Shown in pieces: positions 54,791 through 64,000 of a DNA stretch of 64,000 nucleotides (position 1 is its first letter; each line of letters starts with the position of its first letter). The DNA comes from Eledone cirrhosa. Taxonomy: Eukaryota. The position numbers and the translations under genes are program-made. The notes under the pieces were generated by a model that did not search any database, was not told where the DNA came from, and saw only the letters and a program-made list of their open reading frames with translations. The DNA lies in contig OZ024755.1 in NCBI GenBank assembly GCA_964016885.1, positions 14,074,001 through 14,138,000 of the forward strand, in the 5' to 3' direction.

Positions 54791-56255
54791 AATCGGTCTA
54801 GTTCTCTCTCTCTCTCTGTGGAACAAGTCGGCTCTAGTCAAACCTAGAGAATAATGGACTCCAACCGACTTAAAGGTGCTGCAGAAATAGTGTATGCCAT
54901 GACGGCATCCCTACGACTCATGCAGGAATTAAGAGCTCAATTATGAAGGAAAAAAAAGAAATATATATATATATGAGAGAGAGAGAGAGATTATTTAGCA
55001 ACATCGTTGTCTCGACGTACACCAAATCATTTCTTTGGTTTGTTCTATGCAATAACATGGACATTACACAAATTTTCGAGGTAATATAATTCTGTAAATA
55101 TATACTGTTGTTGTTGCTGTTGTCCCCATCGTCGACTTTATTATTGTCGCCGAGATCGATGGTGTTGTTGTTGTTTGGAGAGTTATCTCTGTTATATATT
55201 TATTTGTGTATTTAAGTAATTCTAACTTCTCAATGCCTGGAAATACAGATACTTCTATTAAATTTACTAGTTCAGGTTTTTCTTTAATTTTAATGCTATT
55301 TGATTATATATATATATACAAACAAGATAGATAGATAGATAGATTCAACCTTTATTTAGAAACTATTGTAGAAAAGTAATATTTTTGGTGTCGCTAATTT
55401 GTTTTCCCAATTTAAACAATTAAACTATCAAATTTCGTCGTCAACAAAGATACATTATTAAATAAGCATTATTTCACACTCAATAAACTGAAATTAACTC
55501 CACTTAGTTTCTGAATATCTAACCAAAGGGAGTCTTTAGTTCCAGTCTTTCTCTTTTGAATATATCTGCCGTTGCAATATTCCTGTGTTTACAAAATATT
55601 TTGCAAAAACAAATTATCTATCTCCTGAAACAGTTTTAATGCTATACTGTACAACAGTACACACACACATACACAACTATATATATATATACACTTTAAT
55701 CACCACTGTATTTATAGGTGAATGTACTGACATCATGTTTTATGTACAATATCTTTGTGGGTAAAAAAAAGAGATCAGTTGAATTAGTATCGTTATTGTG
55801 TTAGAATTTAATCAGTGGCTGAGTACCCACTTTAATTGTCCACAGAGACACTGCTTATCAGCTCACTGTTACTAAGAGGTTAAGTAAACTGGATAGACAA
55901 ACTTACACATCTACTACATTTCTGAAGGTTAGTTTGATTTTTAAAATAGCGATGTGTTGTCTCAATGCTATACTTTACTATAGAAAATACAGAGATTTTA
56001 GCGACTGCTGTACTCATAGACAGATGTAAACACCTCGTCTTCATATACAATAGCTTTGAGGACAGAAAAAGATAGATCAACCGTGATAGTGTCAATCTTG
56101 TATTGAGATTTCATTAACAATTTAGTACTATCCATTTTAACTGTCCACGCAGACATTGCTTATAAACCGATTATTACTTCCTATATACATGTGTGTGTCT
56201 TGATGCTTACGTAAGAAATAACTGAACGACTCCCTTAACAACAATAATAATAATG

Positions 56256-56471
56256 GTTTCTGATTTAGGCAAAAGGCCAGCAATTTTGGAGAAAGGGAAA
56301 GTCGATTAAATCAATCCCAGTGCATTACTGGCACTTTATTTTATCGACCCCGTAAGGATGAAAGGCAAAGCTAACCTCAGTGGGGGTTTGAACTCAGAGC
56401 GTAAAGGGCCATAACTTTATGCCGCAAAGCATATTGTCCGATACTCTACCGATACTGCGAATCCACCGTCC
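56256..56471 (-). mobile_element. SINE family A, full length
   Basis: All blocks present; caacaataataataa on both flanks (TSD-like). Confidence 0.9.
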
Positions 56472-57596
56472 TCAACAATAATAATAAAAGTTCTATTATT
56501 ATCAGCAATATTGAGTGTTGGAGTAGTGGAGTAAGAGTTGATGGGAGTTGAAGTTAATACTAATAATAATAATAATAACGCAACCATATCGAAATTTTAT
56601 ACTCATGACTCCTACAATGCTGAGAGCTAAAGATCGATAGTTTGAGAGAGCGAAGGAGAGGAAGGTGTGTGTGAGAGATAAGAAGAGAAACACACTCAGG
56701 GACAGATAGATATGGCCCGCAAACAGATAGAGGGGGGGGGGGCAGATGAAACCACATGCAGTGCTTCAAGTGAAGAAGAAAGCTTAGAATGTACAGAAAG
56801 ATTTCATCAAGTGAATTGGGTATTCAGTAATGTGAATTTCACAGAAGCATCAGTATAAAGTGATGCCCACTAGAGTAGATTTTGTGCCTAACTTCAATAT
56901 GTAATTACCTTCTCAAATTATATGACGTTAGAAGCATGGCTTCGCTCTTCTGATTAGGTCAGGAACAATTATGACCTATATGTGTGTGTTTGAGAGAGTT
57001 GTATGGTGGAAACTAGAAATATTTTTTTACAGTGAAGAGAAAAAAAAAAAATCAATGTTAGTCAATGAATTATATTTTTTCAATTTTAGGCAAGTACGGG
57101 AGATAAATCCACACATGTTCAGTTGTTTTTGTACTGTTTTCTTCTTTTTTGTGTGTTTGTTTTTTAATGTTCTGACTTCATCAGCGAAGCATAAACTTCG
57201 CCCTACCTGCTGAAATATTGATGAAAATGTAGAGGACTGTTCGACCAAAATAAAAAAAAGAGAGTATGTGTTTGCTAACAGTTAACAATGGTTTTATATA
57301 TTTGTTCAACTGATAGATAAATCAATGTAGCTTTGACAAGCTATACCAACCGTTATATATATATATATGTGTAGTAAATATGATATGAGGCTTTGATTTT
57401 GACACCAAGAAAATAATACATACACAAAAGGTGAACGTTACAAATAAACTCAAAGAGATGAAAGTCACAAATAAATTCGAAAGAGAGAATAGCTTGAGGA
57501 AGTTGAACACAGCGTTCTACGAGTTACAAGTGTGTTGATATCTTTTACATACATACATATATGTGTGTGTGTGCATGTGTGTGAATGTGCATGTTT

Positions 57597-58095
57597 TAGT
57601 GGTTAGGGTATTCGACACCTGATCATAAGGTCGTGATTTCGATTCCCGACAGCAGGTTATGTCCACGAGTAAGACACTTTATTTCATACTCCTCCAGTCC
57701 ACTCAGCTAACAAAGACGAGTTGTACTTGTAATTCGAAGAACCAGCCTTGTCACACTGTATCTGATAGTAAAAGGCTGTAAGGAAGTAATTGCACGATCT
57801 CAGATATGCCAGGCCATCGCAGTGTTAAAGTCTATCTCGAGCCGGAAGCCTCATCAGGCTGGTGCTTATCCAGGTTTCCGTGGCGTGAAGCAACTGAGAG
57901 TACAAGACTCATCCCTTCCCCCATGGATAGGACGCCAGTACATCACAAGGTTAAACTTCCAGCTACTGCTGCTGGGATTCATTCTTAACTGAGTATACTT
58001 GAGCAACGGGAAATGAAGTATCTTGCTCAAGAACACAACACAGAAATCGAACCCACATTATGATTGTAAGTCCAACACCCTTACCACAAGGTAAC
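57597..58095. mobile_element. Two further tRNA-SINEs tail to tail (57597-57760 plus; 57780-58095 minus)
   Basis: gtggttagggt..ttcgattccc head and tgagcaagacact-like block. Relatives at ~15830-16047 (-), 30125-30365 (-), 60440-60545 (-). Confidence 0.65.
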
Positions 58096-59712
58096 GTGCT
58101 TTCACATGTACATGATAAACATGTGTTTATCATGTACTTGGATAAAATAAAATTTAAAGCCAGATGATGGCAGCTCCATACCATCAACCCCACAGCATAA
58201 CACAACTCCAGGCCCAACACCCTTACCACTAGGTTATGGACCTCCACAAACTATAACTAGTCGACTTTAAAAAGCAACCAAACGTGAAAGTTGTCGCTCA
58301 TCAATAATCAAGCTTCAAGTGATACCATCATCATTACCATAACATAAATTATAAATTATACCATCAACATCATTTTGTCCGTTTATATAACTATTTTTTT
58401 TTTTTAAATAAGTCTTGGATATGCGCAGTTAGGTTATAGTAACAATTGACCACACGATGTAACCTAATGTAATAGTCACAGTTGACTGAATCAAACCACC
58501 AACTAAAAGTCAAAATATTTAAAAATAATGGTTCACACAGCAAATGTTATTCTTTTTATTATCAAAGTTGCTTTTATATATATAGTAGTAAAATTACGGG
58601 AGGTTATATCCGTAGTAAGTAGAGCACTCAGTCCAAAGGACGAGTTCGGTAGAGAGCTAATTCCACAGTAAATTAGCAGACCATACTTGAGGATTCGCGT
58701 TTCACCGAACGGATCTTTCAGTGATACACTTATACTCGAGTATGGTTAGCTAATTTGTTGAGGAACTAACTAACTCTCTCTCTGGATATATTTAACTAAC
58801 GACGTTCAATAACACCGAAATATGCCCAGAGTTGTCAACATAGTACCAAACCTACACCTATTCCTTTGCCTAAACTTAATGTTTAATAAAACATTTCAAT
58901 TATCTCTTCACCTGCATTGATCATTCGTCAAATAATTCTGTTTACCATCACTACAGATGTAAATTAAATTAATTAAAATAACTTTTCTCACCATATTAAG
59001 GAAGTTAGTAGCGACTTTACTATTTAATTTACTAATAGTTAACATAAATGCAGACATCATTAGTGCTAAACCAAAACCTCCGTCATATATCGAAAACTGT
59101 GGCTTGCCAAATATGTCTTGTTCTTCAGACAAATTATCCTCAGAGATTCATGTCTACCTTGCCAAAATAACATTAACAGAAAAAAAATATATTCAGTTAG
59201 CAAAAGTTTATTTTACAAAATCAGTGGCCCATAGCCAACATTAAATACATTATATATATATATATATAATCATATTACATCAGATAACGTCTCGTTCCGT
59301 TTCTTTCATGCCAGCTGTTCTATATTTTTCTTTTTCTTTTTTACAAAAATACTGAAGACGAAATTCAGCAACTATTCTTTTTTTTAATTTAAATGGGTTG
59401 CACTGGGCCACACCAGATAAACCATGTGTATATATGTGTGAGAGAAAGACAGAGAGGAAGCGAGAAAGTGTGTGTGTGTGCGTATGTACATATACATCAT
59501 CATCATCATTTAATGCCTGTTCTCCTGTGTGTATATCATAATATATACACATTAGTAACAGACTCTTTACTTCTGATGTACTCATAGGGAGACCCATCTG
59601 ACATATGATGTCTTGGGCATTTTAAACCAGGCAGAGTTCATTCTTCCCTAGGTTTGACCACAGAATAGTTATACAAGTAAGAGAGAGAGAGAGAGAGAGG
59701 GGGGGGGGGGAA

Positions 59713-61475
59713 GAATCGATATCAGTACTGGACTGGTACTTTATTCATCGACCGTGAAAGGATAAAAGGCAAAGTTGACCTCAAGGGAATTTGAATATAG
59801 AGCACAGATAGCCTGAACGAATACTGCGAAGCATTCTATCCGAGGTTCAAATGACTGCCAATTCGCCGCCTTAAATTAGATATATTTATATATTATATAT
59901 ACGTGAATATTATATGCATGAGAGAGAAAAACAATACAATTGAAAATATACTAAACTCTATATATATATATTAGATATATTGAATGATTCTATAAAGCAA
60001 AACAGCAATTGAAAATAAAATACAATTTTACTAATCATTATTGATATTAAGGAATTCTATGATTCCAAATAAACTAACCAAAAAATGGTAAAATAAAGTG
60101 CATAGTTGCAGTGTTAGCACCAGATCTTGAACTTTAAATATATCTCTATATACAAGTGTCTTGTCAATTGTGTTTTGGTCATGCAAGAGTGGTAGGGAGA
60201 GGTTACAAATTGTACAATTTTTTGTTACAAATTGTAGACACTTGGATATTAGAGAAGAGAGGAGGTGGTGAATATATGACACATGAAGAACAAGACGCGC
60301 AGACAAGGACTCAAACATTCCTCAGAAAATAGAATTTGTATAAAAGTGGTAATGTTGGAAAAATCTGCTCGCAAGTAGCTGGGCATTCCAAAGACACGTA
60401 CATTTGTAACACAATTCACAGGAAGATTCAGTGTTACAGTGTGTGACAAGACTTGTCCTTTGAATTACAGGTATAACTCATTTTTTGCAGCTGAATGGAC
60501 TGGAGCAACATAAAAAAAATAACTTGCTCAAGGACACAATGCACTGCTGGAATTGCTGGCCCTGTGCCTAAATGAGAAACAATTTCTTTTATTATTGGTT
60601 ATACAGAGTTCAAATCCCGCCAAGGTTAACTCTGCCTTTCATCCTTACGGGATCGATAAAATAAAGTACCAATCATGCACTGGAGTCGATTTAATCAACT
60701 TTCCTCTCCCCCAAAATTTCTGGCCTTGTGCCTATATAAGAAACCATTATTGATTATACAGTACAAAGCTTTATATTTTGAAGTGTTTATATTTATCTAA
60801 ACATATTCCAACCTAATTTCAAGTTTAGTTCTGCTCCAAACATGAGTTTAATAAGAAGAAAGTTAAATTCTTCCTGAATATTTTCAAATTTATTTGAAAA
60901 CTATAGACAGTGTCTTTTATGAGAAATATGGAAACAAAAAGGGTTAAGCTGTCAATAGCATCATAAAAATCAGCAGACAAATTTGTTTAAATTTTCTGGA
61001 TGAGAAGACTGATATTTAGAGAGTGAAGAGCACTTCTGGTTAATGGAAAATCTGACATTTTGAAATATTGTCACTAATTAAACATGGTGAAATAATGGCA
61101 TTAATTAAACAAAAATTTCAAAAAACCGTTTTTGTTATATCTCATACCAATATGAGTGGTATCTATACCACCAAACTATAGCTGTCACTCATAATTGAGG
61201 ATGACTTGAAAGCACGTACCATGATTTCACTAATAGATGTAGGTACCAATGTACGAGTCACAAGATACAAACACCTTCTCGATCTCAACCCTCCTCTCCT
61301 TGACCCAGCAGAATATCAAGGATGTAATAAGTGAAAGAGGAGAGAGAAGGAGCTGCACCAACACTTCAGTAATATTTTCATTACAGACCCAGAAAAGATG
61401 AAAGTCAAAGTTGACTACAGTAGAATTTGAACCTAAAGTGCATTCTATCCAATACTCTATCAACCCAGCCAATCA
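59713..61475. mobile_element. SINE family A copies at 59713-59870 (-), 60605-60744 (+), 61385-61475 (-)
   Basis: Central domain and B box. Confidence 0.75.
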
Positions 61476-62043
61476 ACTCTGTGCCCTGCTGCCATCGTAC
61501 ATCTAATTTCCATGTTTGCTTGGATTAGTTAGGTTATCATGTTCTAGTCAGGTGTTCCATTTTGGGGCTGGTTTCTATGGCTGGGTGGCCTTCTTAATGC
61601 CAACCATTTTATAGCAAGTACTGGGAACATTTTATCATGACTCCAGCACTACCACCTTACAAGGAGAACTGGGTGCTTTTCATCGTGGCACCAACACTAC
61701 TGCCTTACAGTATGGACGCAATGTTTTTCATCGTGGCTCTAGTACAACCACTTTACAGAGTATACTGGGTACATTTATATCATGACATCATCACTGGAGA
61801 TGTATTGATAAGAGTGGGAGGATACGTACCACTGAGGGGGAGAAAGCTTTGGTTTATTGGGGAGGCCTTGAAGAAAGTGAGTTGCACCATGCTGGCAGGG
61901 GTTATATAAGGTGAGAGTAGGAGTTACATCTTTCTTCCATGATGACATGGGTTGGGCAGAGAAGGTAAATTTGGAATGTGGGAGAGTTGGCGAAGGAAGT
62001 ACAATATCCCAATAAAATGGTGTTCACACTAACATCACGCTTC

Positions 62044-62114
<71 letters not shown>

Positions 62115-62789
62115 TATATATATACGCACACACACACACACACATATATATACACACACACACACACATATATATATATACACATATATATACACACACA
62201 CACATATATATATATAAGTTTATTAAAACATACTAAAATATAAGCTTTCCCTTGAGAGATTTCATGAAATATTGGAGTAAGATAGCTAACAACTAAAACA
62301 CCAAGAGAAATAGTGTATGTCTTGGTTGAACACTAACAAGAGCCTGTAAAAAAGGTCAGGAGGAATATAATACATTATAGATACATATTTAATTGCATGA
62401 TAGATCTGCTTAATGGTATGGCAGACATGGGCATGCATTTAATGATGTGGTAGATATTGACACAGAAGGAGTGCGAGATTTGGGGTAAGTCTGTATGATT
62501 GCAACAGAATAAACACCTCTAAAAACATCCAAAGGCCAAGAGGCAAGGTGAAATTTATCACCCAATAACAAGAACAGTTCTCTCTGACAAGGTTCCACAC
62601 ACAGCTTTCTACAAAATTTTATTAACAAGGCCTTGGTTGAACCAAGTGTGCGGTAGAAGACATTTGCCCAAGAAACTAAAAACAACATTTAATTTTATCA
62701 GTACATTGTAGGCATGTACATATGTCTAATAACCTGGTAAAGGGGCTGGGTGTGGGTGTGTGCATTTGAGAGAGAGAGAGAGATAGAAA

Positions 62790-63080
62790 GAGCACATACA
62801 TTTAATGGCACAATAGATAGACAAACATTTAATGGGACTGTAGATATATATATAGATATACATTTAATGGGTTTTGTCAGATGTAATAGACTAGTGGTTA
62901 TACAGGGACATACATTTAATGGTCTGTTATATATATAGATATTCGTTTAATGGGTCTGTAGATATACACGAGCAAACATTTAATGGGTTTGTAGATATAC
63001 ATGAATGTCCACGTATGTGGACATTCATGTGGACATACATTTAATGGAATGGTAAACACAGAACAAAGTTTAATGGGACA
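62790..63080. repeat. ~30-bp minisatellite
   Basis: acatttaatggg..tgtagatata units. Confidence 0.8.
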
Positions 63081-63664
63081 CAGTCAATATAAACACAAAA
63101 TATTTATAAACATAGTTAAATATCACAAGAAAGAAAGACAAGTAAATAAACAATGGTGAGGTAAAATATATTACATACAATAAATACAGGTAGCAGGGTG
63201 GACAAAAACAACAAAGACAGGTATGAACAGTTAATTAATATTCAGGGATAGGTAGAAAAAGATAAAGAATATTTGGAAGAAAAGAAAAATGTTTGAAGAC
63301 ATTGACAAGAACCATTACTGTAAAAGAAAGAAGTGAAGAAACCTAAGATATTTATTTTAGATTTCTGTGCCGAAAGCCTAGATATTCTATGATAAATAAC
63401 ACAGCAATCTAATATAGTATATTGTTGGTTGAGACGAGGGAAATCTAGTATGGGAGGCAGTTAGAGTAGTAAAATTAAGACACTGCATATTGTTGTTGCA
63501 ACAAAAAGTTGACGTGAAGTTAAATATGATAAAAAAGGATGGCAAATTCTAGAAAATAACTTAAAATTCTCAATGAATGGAAATAAAAGATTAAATACTA
63601 AAATAGACTATTTTTTAACTCTTAACATCCTGTAATGATTGAACAGTAAATATCTAAAAATAGA

Positions 63665-63965
63665 CTTATCAATTGAAATGTTTATGGTGTCTTTACTAGA
63701 AGACAGATCGTCATGAAAATTAGCAGAAAAACTAAAGTAAAGACTTTAATTTTTAATGTGATGCAATCATAATGTTGTTTCTTATTTTTCAAGAATGTCT
63801 TCCTAATCTGGTTTCTTCATGCAGTTTATTAATTCCAATGTTTATAGTATCTTTACTAGTGAACAGATCATCATGAAAATTTGCAGTAAACTAAAGTAAG
63901 ACTTTAAATTTTAATGCAATGCAATCATAAAACCATTTTGTATTTTTCTAGAATGTCTTGCTAAT
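63665..63965. repeat. ~160-bp diverged tandem duplication
   Basis: aatgtttat..tctttactag..acagatc.tcatgaaaatt.gcag..aactaaagtaa.gacttta occurs twice. Confidence 0.8.
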
Positions 63966-64000
63966 GCAATATTATGCAGTAGAGGATATTAAAAGTTAAA

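Noticed and set aside
57830-57862. CTGATGA on the minus strand as a hammerhead core
   Set aside because: Followed by CGAGA rather than GAAA, and lies within a SINE tail.

Overview
AT-rich, repeat-saturated eukaryotic DNA. The (TA)n/(CA)n/(TTA)n/(GATA)n load and the SINE families suggest an octopus/cephalopod genome (inference). No complete host gene is visible, and almost all ORFs in the track are microsatellite or minisatellite translations. Supported coding relics are: two tandem R4/Dong-clade RLE non-LTR retrotransposon copies bounded by (TAA)n (19.9-23.5 kb); a Tx1/L1-type 3' end in (GATA)n (33.9-34.6 kb); an RTE-type 3' end (17.9 kb); and the C-terminus of a Penelope-like GIY-YIG ORF abutting (TA)n (2.6-2.8 kb). 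There are about 30 copies of one tRNA-derived SINE family, further SINE families, piggyBac-like and hAT MITEs, many minisatellites and a 200-N gap. The most unusual signal is a pair of related near-perfect foldback elements (112-bp and 158-bp arms). They share an asymmetric tail, which recurs as a third tail-only fragment, and all sit at microsatellites. Also notable are inverted copies of flanking DNA around (TA)n tracts and short conserved ~90-bp inserts in (TA)n.
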